This document shows positions 51,101-63,437 of a DNA stretch of 64,000 nt, in pieces; position 1 is the first letter of the stretch; every line of letters begins with the position of its first letter. Position numbers and translations under genes: made by a program. The stretch is from assembly GCF_006345805.1 (NCBI RefSeq), contig NC_043009.1, forward strand, positions 40,548,001 through 40,612,000. The letters are read 5' to 3'. The notes beneath the pieces were generated by a model. That model had not been told where the DNA came from. It saw only the letters and a program-made list of their open reading frames with translations, and made no database searches. Origin of the DNA: Octopus sinensis. Its lineage: Eukaryota.

Positions 51101-52873
51101 GTTTTTCATACGTAAAGTGTATTTGAGTAATTAATTTCTCTGAATCAGTTTTATAAATTAAGCTTATCTCATCACACTTCCTGTACAAGAAATTATATCT
51201 ACCTAGCGATTTAATCATCATTAATTCAACAAGTGCGATTATCTTTGATTTGCTGAAAGGGATTAATAAGGAAGAAACGCATTCAGAATTGTATTCCGCG
51301 CTTTCTGTAATAATTGGAATCATATTGATCATTGATTTAATGCTGTTTTCTTTTTCAAATCGTATCTAACTAGAAATTTATCAGAAAGAATAAATCTAGC
51401 AAAACAAGACATTCCACAAGGCCCCCACTTCGATTAGGGATGGAGAAAAGAGGAATATGTGCATAGACAATTGGACAAGTCATCTAGCAATGGTAACAAC
51501 AACGAGGTTGATTCAAAAGTTCTTTTAACATTAATACAAATCGGTTGATAGACGATCATTTTGCTTCACTGGGGGTGAGGTGGGGGCTAATAAGGCAGAA
51601 ACGTGTCCAGAGTTGTCTCCCATTGTTCCTATACTAACGGAGATTATATTTGTCAATGATCTGAAGTTTTGTGTGTCCGCGCCTGTTTGTGCTTCCCTCT
51701 TTATCAAAAGAGACGAATTCTCGTCCGAGCACGGGGTTGCTGAAAAGGCCTATAAGGACGAAATGCATCTAGCACTCTCGCTAGCCGCTGTAGTGGCAAA
51801 CTTCAACCTCTCTCACTGGCATTTGTGTTTTTAACGCAACATTCCATAAACAGTGCTATCTTGGGACACATACTTCTAGTAACTAACCAATCCACTGTGT
51901 GTATAATTGAAATATGATGCATCGATGGCTATAATCATTATTTCTAATTAAATGATCATCAAAAGAAATAAATCTAGCAATCGAAGATAATCCGGTTTTA
52001 ATTCCCTCTTCCATTAACGCGCCATACGTTGAGAAAATTAAAATGTTTTTCGTGAAGAAGCTTGCACCGAAACTCGAACTCACGGCCTATGAGCTGAGGA
52101 ACTGATATTCCTACACGCTTGACATTTATTTCTCTATGTAACTGATGAAATATCGCCTAACAATATCGCTATTTAAATCGAAAACTGATGTTGGACGACA
52201 AATATTTTGTATAACTGCCTCTAAGCCGTGTCACAATTTATAGGGCAACGTAAGACATAAAAGAAAATGATTACGTAGCAATAGCTAAATGCATGTATAT
52301 GTACGCATGTATATATGTACGTGTATGCATATTTATATATGTGTATATACTTATATGTACATGTGTGTGTGTACACACACACGTGTGCATGCATGAAACT
52401 CAAAGCATAATGCATACATTTTTGAAAGCGCAGGGGATGTGTTCAGTGTGTGTGTGTGTGTGTGTGCTCTTATATATATATATATATATAGTGAAATAAC
52501 ACCACCTGAAATATTCCAGAGTTCACCTGACAAATAATATCAGGTTCTGAATTCTTCGAAGTAAAGTCTGCTGTTTGTGAAATGAAAATATCAACCATTT
52601 TTGCAGATGCCGTCATCGGAGACTGTAAACGACATTGTTTCAAACCATTCCAGTGAAGAGATACAGTGCTTCCTTCAGGCTTTGGATCTAAATAGCAGTG
52701 ATCTTGCTTGCTCTTCGTCCTGCTATCTTAACAATAACATGATTAAAGAAAATGCAACGAAATGAAATGATATTTAGTAGTTGGAGCGTTATCAAAAGCT
52801 AGTTTATTCATTACTTATCAACAACAGCCGTCATCGTTCCCATTGCCAGCAGCTTACTTATTATTATTATTAT

Positions 52874-52905
<32 letters not shown>

Positions 52906-53224
52906 TAATTATTGGATGTGGTGGTATTCAATATAATTGTTGTGATTATCACGAAGCTGTAAATCTAAATTTTAATGCTACACTAATTAACTCCCTTGGT
53001 TGTTGAAAGATGTAAGGGAAATAACCCTTACTTGCTACATTAGGTATGTCATTGGAGTAACCAATGTGTAGCCGCTCTCGCTGCTTGAAATAGCAGACAA
53101 ATCATCCTCAAATCGCATACTACCGGTCATAGAAATGCAATGATACTTTAGATAATGCAGTCTAGAATACACTGAAGCTAGGAAAAACAAGGAAAGATGG
53201 ACTTCTATACAGTTCCCATCTATC

Positions 53225-53545
53225 TTTTATTTTTTACCTGCTTCAGTCATTGGACTGTGGCCATGCTAAAGCACACCTTGAAGGGTTGAGTGGAACAAAC
53301 CAGCCCCAATACTTATTTCTAAAAACGTGGGATTTCTTCTATTGGTCTCTTTTGCCGAAACAGTAACTGTGGAAGGATGTAAACAAACCAGCACCGGCTG
53401 TCAAGTGGTGGTATAGGGACAAGCAGAAACACACACACACAAAACAGGCTTCTTTCTGTTTCGTTATACCAAATCCACTCACAAGGCTTTGGATCAGCCT
53501 GGGGATATAGAAAACACTGAGTTCAGTCCCCATGTTCTGGGACTT
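53225..53545 (-). mobile_element. Old SINE family A
   Basis: Degenerate reverse complement of the family-A body. Confidence 0.72.
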
Positions 53546-53629
53546 AACCCAGAAACCCTGCTTACTCTAATAGTGTACTCTACTTGACTTACACACACAT
53601 CTACTTGACTTATACAAGTCCTGGGTTGA

Positions 53630-53861
53630 GGCAGCGAGCTGGCAGAAACGTTAGCATTCCGGGAAAAATGCATGGTCGTATTTCGTCTGCCGTTACGTTC
53701 TGAGTTCAAATCCCGATGAGGTCGACTTTGCCTTTCATCCTTTCGGGGTCGATAAATAAAGTACCAGTTTTGCACTGGGGTCGATGTAATCGACTTAATC
53801 CCTTTGTCTGTCCTTGTTTGTCCCCTCTATGTTTAGCCTCCTTGTGGGCAATAAAGAAATA
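53630..53861 (+). mobile_element. SINE family B
   Basis: 19-bp TSD TATACAAGTCCTGGGTTGA at 53611-53629 and 53862-53880. Confidence 0.92.
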
Positions 53862-54380
53862 TATACAAGTCCTGGGTTGACTACAGTAAAATAATTTGTC
53901 CAAAATACTGATAGTAATAAGATTGAATAGAGATTCTCATTATTATAAACTTCTTAATCACTTGGCCATACATGCATCCAATATAGAGGATTCCAGAAGG
54001 AAAAAAAAAAGATATTTGTTAGATTTGTATTTTGTAGTTTTATGCTTCTCTGTTTCTATGGCTGGTGGTTAAAAAGTCCACTTCACAACCACATAGTTTG
54101 GGGTTCGGTTCCACTGCATGGTACCTTGTTTAAGTGTCTTCTCGTATAGCACAGGATTGACCAAAGCCTTGAGAATTGATATAGTAGATGAATACCACGT
54201 GGAAACCTGTCACATATCTATATCTACCTATCTATCTATTATATTATATTTATCATTCATTTTATATTTTTGAAAAAATATATTATATATTATGTTAATT
54301 ATATATATTATTTGTTATTTATGTATTGGTTTATGTCTCTCACTGTTTGAGTTGCATAATAGTGGTTTTATCTCTAATTC

Positions 54381-54419
<39 letters not shown>

Positions 54420-54585
54420 GTATATATATAAATATGTATATAGTGTTATACTTGGGAATGCTCATATTTTGCCAACTAAACACATGCACTAAATACTTGG
54501 TCTTCAGTTTTATTATTTTTACTTTTCTTTCTATGTTACACATCCTGTGACCTCTTCAGTAATTCTTTATATATGTGTGTATGTA

Positions 54586-54635
<50 letters not shown>

Positions 54636-54790
54636 GTTGAAATTAACAGAAAAACAAAAGACAAAGACAGGTGTATAAACAACAAGCAGGTGTATTAGTT
54701 TGATGCTCAGGAAAGTGAGAAAATCTTTTACGTTTCGAGTCTACGCTCTTCAACAGAAAGGAATAAGAGAGAATAAAATAAACTTGTGAA
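54636..54790 (-). mobile_element. Penelope-type terminal repeat fragment containing a minimal hammerhead-like motif (54724-54760)
   Basis: The minus strand reads CTTT-CTGTTGA-A-GAG-CGTAGA-CTC-GAAAC-GTA-AAAG. The fragment is homologous to 62010-62221 and ends in (TA)n. Confidence 0.6.
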
Positions 54791-55077
54791 TTTAGAAATC
54801 AATCTTGGCGAGAGAGAGATTATTTTAAAACAAGAATGTCAACAAAATTCTTGATAAAGAATAATAAATTTGTGGTTTACAAAAGTATAAAGTAACTCAT
54901 CAGATTAATGTAAAATTATTTTTATCAAAACTGAAAATAAAAACAAGCATTAATGTGTGTGTGTGTGTGTGTATGTGTGTGTGTGTCTGTCTGTCCCATC
55001 ACCACTTGACAACTGGTGCTTGTTTGTTTTTGTTCTTTTTTTGTTCCTGTGTCTCAGCAGTTAATTAAAAATGGAAT

Positions 55078-56015
55078 AATAAAATAATAATGAAATTATT
55101 GTATACAGTGCTCAGGTGCACCACAACTTGTCAGAAAGTGCATATAAAGTACATGCAGTAATGTAGAAATGTCTGGAAAGTGAACAATGTATGAGTCAGA
55201 TACATGCGTGTGTGTGTATTGAGGGGAGAAAATCAAGTGTAGTGTTGGCGAATCTCAGGAAGCATGGAAGCCCTGAAGGATGCAGTGCTCCAACAACTAA
55301 CAACTGATGCCGGCAGTTTGTTCCATGCTTCAGCAACTCTCAGCGTGAAAAAATGTTTCCTGAAGTCATGGGAGCTGTGCTGTTTTCTTACTTTGTAAAT
55401 ATGTCCACGGGTGTTAGATGGGTGGAGTTTGAAAAGGTGCTCAGAGTTATTGTTTGTATGATGGTTGATAATTTTATGGGTGTCTGCCAAGTCAGCTGCC
55501 AGACGTCGGAGTTTCAATGTGTCCATGCCCAGGGAAGTAAGGCGTTCAGGATATGGCAAATGCCTGATGGAGGGTATTCTTTGATATCCTGGGCAAGATA
55601 GGGGTTCCAGACCGGTGATGCAAATTCCAGGTGAGGTCTTACCATAGCTATATAAAGCTGCAGATAGATAGCCGGAGAGCAGCTCACAAAGGATTTGATG
55701 AGTGATGCCAAGACACCCTCAGCCTTCTTGACAATTTTAGCGATGTGTTTTGTCCAACGCAAATCACTGTCGACAATAACACCCAGGTCACGTTCACATG
55801 AAGACTTTTTGAGACTAGTGTTGTGGAGGGAGTAGGTGGACGCTGGGTTTCTCCTCCCAAAATGCATGGTGGTACATTTGTCCACAGCCAGCTTGAGTTG
55901 CCAGTCCATGATCCACTGCTGCATTGTATCCAGGTCTGCTTGCAATAGAGATCTATAGTGTACAGGATTTGACCTCTTTATTTCGAGGTACAGCTTGATG
56001 TCATAGAATACGTTG
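55078..56015 (-). mobile_element. CR1/L2-group LINE 3' end, 5'-truncated, nested in an old SINE A
   Basis: Peptides FYDIKLY, LQADLD...W..DWQLKLAVDKC, ERDLGVIVDSDL, VRPHLEFASPVWNPYL, YPERL..LG..TL..RRL..DL, NTRGH..K and KHFFTLRVAEAWNKLP are the typical CR1 RT C-terminus. Confidence 0.9.
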
Positions 56016-56329
56016 CAAGATTTAGTAAAGAAATAAGTATTAGGGTTGATTTATTTGACTAAAGCCCTTCCAGGTGGTGCCCCACCATTGTTGTATTCCA
56101 ATGATTGAAATAAATAAAAGACAAAAAATAATGTGCAACACCATTTAAACACTATATTTAATATCTGAAGCAACAAGTGAGACTTTTGTTGATAGCAGTC
56201 TATTCATCATAGGTTATTGTCAATGTTTAGTCCCAAGTCAGCCCTGATCAAACATAGCTATGAGGGAAATGGGAACCAGACATGACCATCTGGTCTTTTA
56301 TTGGCTCAGTCCAAGTGGTCAAACCTTAC

Positions 56330-56880
56330 CAACTTTACCTTTTGTCTTTAGCAGCATTCTGCCTGGCTTTATGTTCTGAGTTCAAATTTCACATAGGTGA
56401 ATAAAATAGGTACCACTCAAGCACCTGAGTTGATGCAATGAGCTGTTAAAATCATTTACACACCTGGCAAAAATCTGAGATGCATTTTATCTGTCTTTAC
56501 ATTCTGGGTTCAAATTCTGCCAGAGCTTACTTTGCCTTTCATACTTCAGGGTCAATGAATTAAGTACCAGTTGTGCATTGGGGTCAATGTAATTGACTTA
56601 ACCCCTCACCCAAACTTGCTGGCTCTGTGCAAAAAATTTGAAAGCATTATTATAAAGTTGGTGAGCTGTCAGAATTGTCAACGTGGCAAACAAAATGTCA
56701 CTAAACTTGGTATTGTTTTGTCCATCTTTATATTGTGAATTCAAATTCTGCTGAGGTGAACTTTGCTTTTTATTCTTTCATCCTTTCAAGGTCAATGAAA
56801 TAAAGACTTGTCAAGAACTGGAGTCAATGTAACCAACAAGCCCCACTCCCACAAAATCTCAACCCTTGTGCCTATAGTAG
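56330..56880 (+). mobile_element. Cluster of three CpG-decayed SINE-B copies
   Basis: GTTCAAATTCTGCC...CTTTGCCTTTCAT...GGTCAATG motifs, with consensus CpGs converted to TpG/CpA. Confidence 0.75.
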
Positions 56881-56894
56881 AAATCATAATCATC

Positions 56895-57330
56895 ATCATC
56901 ATCATCATTTATGTCTGTGTTCCATGCTAGCATGGATGGGACGGTACCACAAGAGCTGGCTAGGCCGAAGCCTGCACCAGACTTCTGTAACTGTTATGGC
57001 AGGATTTTTACAGCTAGATGCCCTTCCTAACACCAACCACTCAGCAGAGTGGACTTAGTGCTTTTTATGTGGCACAAGCACAGGCGAGGTCAGTTTTGGC
57101 AAGGTTTTTACAGCTGGATGCCCTTCTGAACACCAACCACTTTACAGTGTGGACTGGAAGATTTTAAGTGGCACCTGCACTGACAGGGTCACCAAGTATA
57201 TGCAAGACAAAATCTTTTAAGAGGGGAAGAGGAATTGGAGGAGGAGATGATGAAAAGGTTATAGTGAGACAGATATAGGTGTCTTGTTGAAGAGGAAGTA
57301 CAAGGTTACCTGGCCAGAGAGGGAAAGATC
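56895..57330 (-). mobile_element. Non-autonomous retroposon with an RTE-type tail ending in (ATG)n
   Basis: CATCATCATTTA.GTC.G..TTCCATGCT.GCATGG tail and a duplicated TTTTTACAGCTGGATGCCCTT motif. Related pieces lie at 58815-58915 and 63830-63985. Confidence 0.6.
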
Positions 57331-57869
57331 AGGAATGAAGACAGAAACACCTGTTTCTGTCTTCATTCCTGTACGAAATACACAGTTGCCCAAACTGGCT
57401 GGATTGTCTATTAAACAGGTATTAATTGGAGCTAGACAACAACTAGAACCACAATCAGTCTCACACGAATGTCTAAAAGATCAAATCTGTGGCCAAAACA
57501 CTTCACTTGTGCTCTGCTAATCCACCCAGATTTAAAGGAAATCATGTAAAAAAACAACCCAAGAAGTAATCAAAGATACTGCTTATTATTAGCTGATTTA
57601 TCAAAATATATTATAGCTATATCACAATTATTTTGCAGCAATTAAACAAAGTGTTATTAATGTTTGTTTTGTTTTTGAAATTTAAATTTCATCTTCAATA
57701 GTAAGTTTTAATTTAACGGTAATAAAGATTAATTGCATGACGCAATATTGTGAAACCTTGGAAGAAAAGCAAATAGAAAAATAAACACAGAAAGTAAACA
57801 AAGTAACCTGGAAATTAAAGGAAATTATAAAGAAATCTGTGATAAATTACTTACTGAAATGCGAAGGGG

Positions 57870-58450
57870 AGAGAGAGAGAGAGAGGGTGGAGTGAGAGAG
57901 AGGAAGGACAGGTAGATAGAGACAGAGATACAGATGGATGGATGGATAGATAGATAGATAGATAGATTGATAGATAGATAGATAGATAATGATGGAGATA
58001 CGGATAGACAGACAGATAGATAGATAATGATAGAGATATAGATAGATGGATAATGATGGAGATATAGATAGATAGATAAATAGATAGATAGATAGATAGA
58101 TAGACAGACAGATAGATAGATAGATAGACAGATAGATAAATAGATAGATAGATAATGATGGAGATACGGATAGATAAATAGATAGACAGATAATGATGGA
58201 GATACAGATAGACAGAGAGAGATAGATAGATAGACAGACAGATGGAGATATAGATGGAGAGGTAGACAGACAGAAAATCAGAGGTAAATTAATAAACAGA
58301 GATAGATAAGCAAACAGACAGACATAGAGAGCTAGATAGATAGATAGATAGATAGATAGATTACAAGAGAGAGACAGCAAGAGACAAACAGACTGATGTA
58401 GAGAGCTAGATTGATTGGTATCATATATATGACAGAGAGAGAGAGAAATA
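57870..58450. repeat. (GATA)/(GACA)/(GA) compound microsatellite
   Basis: Read directly from the sequence. Confidence 0.95.
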
Positions 58451-58915
58451 GGGGCGGAGTCATAGAAAGAACAGAGGTAGTAAAGAATATACTGTACATG
58501 TACACACATGTTAAAATGTTGAAATAATAAGTTAAAATTGTGTTTACATAAAGTTGATTTATTGAAATTACACTAATCTGTTGAATTATTATTATAGCTT
58601 ATTTTTGTTTTTTTTTTATATTCCTACTTTCATCATATTTTTCAAGAATTTTATAGCTTTGAGTCATTCAATTTACCTAGAAATAATTGCATATTTTAAA
58701 ACTTATAAAGAAATGTAAATGTTTCTAACAGGCAAATATATTTAATGATAGTGGTAGATTGTTTTAAAGCAATTGTGAAATAGATGTTTCAGTGTGTGGA
58801 TCTGGAATAATCATCATCTTCATCATTTTAACATCCACTTTTTCACGCTTGCATGGGTCGGAAGGAATTTGCTGAGGCAGATTTTTTACTGCTAGGTGTC
58901 CTTTCTGTCTCCAAC

Positions 58916-59208
58916 ATCATCATCATCATTGTTCGACCGTGGTCGAGACAATGGAATTCACCATGCTACACCAGACTTCACGGTCCATCATGGCATTACG
59001 GAGGTCCTGTTGCTGGATGCCTGTATCCCTGGAGATTACATCAGGGTAGGAGAGTGTGCGCCCTCTGGTATTGCGAGTAGATGGCTTCCAGAGGAGAAGA
59101 GTAGAAATTACCTCTTTTTCAGCTCTACAAAAATGTCCAGCAAACTGGACTCTCCTACCTTTCACAAGAGATGACACAGGAGGTAGTTTTCCATATATTC
59201 GCATTTTG
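58916..59208 (-). mobile_element. RTE-clade LINE 3' fragment with an (ATG)n tail, nested in an older retroposon
   Basis: ORF ...YGKLPPVSSLVKGRRVQFAGHFCR...LLLWKP...RGRTLSYPDVISRDTG...L..AMMDREVW. TSD GTCTCCAAC at 58907-58915 and 59209-59217. Confidence 0.85.
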
Positions 59209-59339
59209 GTCTCCAACCCTCACCTGTATCCAAGCAAGGTGATATTTGCCCCACAATTAAACATGTTTTCATGAGAGACTGTGACGCACACTCACACACT
59301 CACTCACCTGCATGCTAAAGGTAATGGTAAAATTACTTT

Positions 59340-59583
59340 CTCGAGTTCATGCTGGCTCATAAGGGCCGGTTTTTCCCAGTTTTCCATGGCATATAAATTC
59401 CTCACCAGGATGAGACACCAGTCTGTCACAGGATTACTCATTTTTGCCAGCTGAGTGCACTGGAGCAACTTAAAATGGAGTGTTTTGCTCAAGAACAGAA
59501 CACATCGCCTGATCCAGGAATCAAAACCACAATCTCACAATCAGGAGTCCAACACCCTAACCACTAAACCACATGCCTTTACA
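59340..59583 (-). mobile_element. Old SINE head D with tail X
   Basis: CpG-decayed version of 787-1003. Confidence 0.78.
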
Positions 59584-59619
59584 CCTTCCCATTCAATCGC
59601 CTGCTCACCCATATATATA

Positions 59620-59813
59620 TAAACAGCGCATGACCTTGCAGGTGGAGCCCGCCTTTAGTCAAGCAAATCAACCCCCAGGACTTATTTATTCTTTGTAAGC
59701 CTAGTACTTATTCTAGTGTTCTCTTTTGCTGAACCACTAAGTTACAGGGACGTAAACACACCAGCATCTGTTGTCAAGCGATGTTGGGGGGACAAACCCA
59801 GACACACAAACAT

Positions 59814-59844
<31 letters not shown>

Positions 59845-59998
59845 CATATATACGCCGGGCTTCCTTCAGTTTCTATCTACCAAATCCACTCACAAGGCTT
59901 TGGTCGGCCCGAGGCTATAGTAGAAGACACTTGCCCAAGGTGCCACACAGTGGGACTGAAACCGCAAGCTACTTACCACACAGCCACTCCTATGCCTA
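59620..59998 (-). mobile_element. SINE family A
   Basis: Reverse complement of a near-full copy. Confidence 0.88.
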
Positions 59999-60929
59999 TG
60001 ATTATTATTATCATTATTATTAGTAGTAGTATTATTATTTGTATATGATTGAAAGTGTGAAAGTATTCCAAAAATGCCTTGTGGTATTTAGTTGTTTCTC
60101 TTTATGTTTCAAGTTCAAATTCTGCCTGGTTTGACTTTCGTTTCTTTTTTCATCTTTCTAGACTTCCAGCATCCCATTTATTATTCATGTATCATGATTA
60201 ATTAAATTAACTATACTCTTCCACAAATGTTTACTGTTAGAGAACTCCATAGTTTACTTCTGTAGTGTTTATTTCTGTTGTGTTAACCTGATGTGAGACG
60301 AGACAAATATTCCCCTGGAGAGAACACTTGCCTATCACATGTAGCTTCTGTGGATGGAATTAATTGTGCCAGGTACTGTTAACTAATAAATCACTCACCA
60401 GATCTACATGAAGGTTAGCGAGCATGGCCCTTCCTTCATGGAGTCATTAAAATTAATAATCCTATGATATTCTGTTCCAGCAGTTATGCCACATAATTAT
60501 TCAGTTCATTAGACAGCTTTTCTCTAATTAACCATACACAAATTAAATACTGTTCCTCTGGATGTGTCACATTCATTGGTTACATTTCACATTTACATGT
60601 CGTCATGGAAACCCCATTTTTTTTTTTTTTTTTTTTTTTGCTAATTATAACAACCTCTTAATTCAAGTATTAATTAATCAATATAATTAATCTTTAGCAG
60701 GCATCTGCAGAGTGTGTGAACCTCTATAATCCTTAGGTTTTTAATTTAGGAAATGTCATTATATATTCTACCTACCCTTCACAACAGGTAGCCTAAACAT
60801 GGTCGTTCAATCTGCTAGAAAGTGCAGCCAAACATATCTTTTGCTTCCATATTTCTGTTGAAATACACTACCTTTCGTTTAAATTAGTTTTGGAAATAAT
60901 TACAAATTTAGTAAAGTAATTGTCATCAG

Positions 60930-61650
60930 ACATGGCTGTGTGGTAAGAACATTGCTTCCCAACCAAATGGTTCCAAGTTCAGTCCAACTGTGTGGCACCT
61001 TGGGCAAGTGTCTTCTTCTGTAGCCTTGGGCCAACCAATCAACCAATGCCTTGTGAGTGAATTTGGAAGATGGAAACTGAAAGCCCATTTTATATGTGCG
61101 TGCATGTGTGTGTGTGTGTGTGTGTGTGTGTCTGTTTCTCTCCCCAGCATCGCTTGACAACCAATGTGGGTGTGTTTACATCCCTGTAACTTAGTGGTTT
61201 GGCAAAAGATATTGACAGAATAAGTACTAGGCTTACAAAGAATAAGTCCTGGGATCGATTTCTTCAACTAAAAAACCCTTTAAGGCAGGACTCCAGCATG
61301 GTTGCAGTCAAATTACTGAAACCAGTCAAAGAATAAAAATAAATATAAAAAAAACACGGGCATAGCTGAGTGATAATGAAACTTGATTGGCAACCACATT
61401 GTTTGAGGTTCAATTTCACTGTATAGCTACTTAGGGCAAGAGTCTCTGACTATAGCCTAGGATGGCCATTGCTTTGTGAGTGACTTTTATAGATGTAAAC
61501 TGTGTGAAGGCCTGTCACACAGACAGACACACACACACACCAAATTTCCTCACAACACATTGGTCAGTTCATGGCTATGGTCGAAGATGATGTGCAGTAA
61601 GATTGAACCCAAAGCCACAAGGCTGAGAAGTAAACTTCTTATCTACACAG
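60930..61650 (+). mobile_element. SINE A (60930-61345) followed by two decayed A-like heads in opposite orientation (61360-61650)
   Basis: Family-A motifs with CpG decay. Confidence 0.75.
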
Positions 61651-62009
61651 CCATGCCATATATGTATATATAATAAAAGATTCTTATGTAAAACAAATTA
61701 GACACCTTTCATGGTTGCTTATATTGTCTCATTGAAATTTAGCCCCACCCCTATTTTTAGCCTAAAATTTCTTCAAGAAAGTCTGAATCCTATTCTCTTA
61801 TTCATATATACAAAATTTATCAAGACTTCACATCAATAAATCCTTTTTAATTTGCATAAACCATCATGGCTACAGTTCAAGTACAACCTAAAGCATATAT
61901 ATGCATATTTAACTGTTCTGTCTAGTGTGCAAGGAGTCCTACGATGGATACTTCTTATGTGTTTAAATGTACACTGTATTTATATATATATATATATATA
62001 CATATATAT

Positions 62010-62220
62010 AACGCCATGTTGAATTGTTAGCTCTTGCACGCATTTTTTTTCTCTCCTTGTTTCTCTCCTTGTTTCTTTTCTGTGTATCTTTCTGTTGAAG
62101 AGCGTAGGCTCAAAACGTAAAAGACTTGTTTTATTTCTATTCCTGAGCGCCATACTAATACAATTGTTTGTTTGTACTCCACCTGCCTTCGTCTTTTGTT
62201 TATTTTCATAAACCTTCCCG

Positions 62221-62221
<1 letters not shown>
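62010..62221 (+). mobile_element. Penelope-type terminal repeat fragment with a hammerhead-like motif (62087-62124)
   Basis: TCTTT-CTGTTGA-A-GAG-CGTAGG-CTC-AAAAC-GTA-AAAGA (GAAA changed to AAAA). Ends in (TA)n. Confidence 0.55.
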
Positions 62222-62258
<37 letters not shown>

Positions 62259-62561
62259 TGAGGCTACCATTGGTTTCATGCTCAAGAAATCCTCAGCAAT
62301 TTTCAAGCCTATCACATGGAACATTAGCGTTGGTCTCCATTTTGGATTAAAACATGAAAAGTAACATAAAATCACAATAAAAAAACGCACAATGTTTTGG
62401 ATATACAAACAAAAAAAAAAAATAGGGGAAACAACTCTTGCATGAATATCTCTCGGATTTGACTTTTGGAATGAATTAGTATCCACCAATGAGATGCTGG
62501 GTACTTATTCCCGTTGTTCGATATTTACATATTATGTGTGTGTGTATATATATATATATAG

Positions 62562-62790
62562 TTAATCCAAACATGAACAAAGAGAAAACACAACAATGCG
62601 AGGACGTGGAATAAGTATAGTGTTATTGGACGCTCAGGAAAGGAATGAAAGAAGGAGGATTTAACGTTTCCAGTGGAGCTCTTCATCAGAAATATAGAAA
62701 AAATGAAAAAGTCCAAAGAAGGGAAGACAGAGAAAGAAAATCGCCAACGATACACACATGATCACATATTCCTGGATCAGGCTATTTAGT
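62562..62790 (-). mobile_element. Second Penelope-type terminal repeat family with a hammerhead-like motif (62659-62693)
   Basis: The minus strand reads ATTT-CTGATGA-A-GAG-CTCCA-CTG-GAAAC-GTT-AAAT. Ends in (TA)n. Confidence 0.55.
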
Positions 62791-62971
62791 GCTTGTAATA
62801 AATACAATAAAAACAAAACAGAATAAAGAATTACAAAAAGCAATTACATTTCTAAAGGAAAACAAATTCTTTCATTTAAGTCTTTCCAACCAGTTTTCAA
62901 CAAACATCCTATTTCTTTTACAAACATTTTATGAGCAGACCCTCACTGCATATCATATGTATATATATATA

Positions 62972-63365
62972 TGTGGTAAGTAGCTTGCTAACCAACCACA
63001 TGGTTCCGGGTTCAGTCCCACTGTGTGGCACCTTGGGCAAGTGTCTTCTACTATAGCCTCAGGCCGACCAATGCCTTGTGAGTGGATTTGGTAGACGGAA
63101 ACTGAAAGAAGCCTGTCGTATATATTTATATATATATGTATGTATGTGTGTGTGTGTTTGTGTGTCTGTGTTTGTCTCCCTAGCATTGCTTGACAACCGA
63201 TGCTGGTGTGTTTACGTCCCCATCACTTAGTGGTTCGGCAAAAGAGACCGATAGAATAAGTACTAGGCTTACAAAGAATAAGTCCCGGGTTCGATTTGCT
63301 CGATTAATGGCGGTGCTCCAGCATGACCGCAGTCAAATGACTGAAACAAGTAAAAGAGTAAAAAA
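62972..63365 (+). mobile_element. SINE family A, young and near-full
   Basis: Well-preserved body and 3' end GACTGAAACAAGTAAAAGAGT. Confidence 0.9.
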
Positions 63366-63370
63366 AAAAA

Positions 63371-63437
<67 letters not shown>

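Noticed and set aside
51580-51834. 84-aa ORF in unique sequence
   Set aside because: It starts at GTG and has no motif or splice evidence. It could be regulatory DNA, but this cannot be supported.
60415-60440. AGCATGGCCC, resembling the U6 core
   Set aside because: Only about 10 nt match, and the flanks are unrelated to U6.
62255-62345. Protein-like stretch GLKIAEDFLSMKPM in the 169-aa minus ORF
   Set aside because: Most of that ORF is repeat-derived, and no convincing donor site or homology was recognised.
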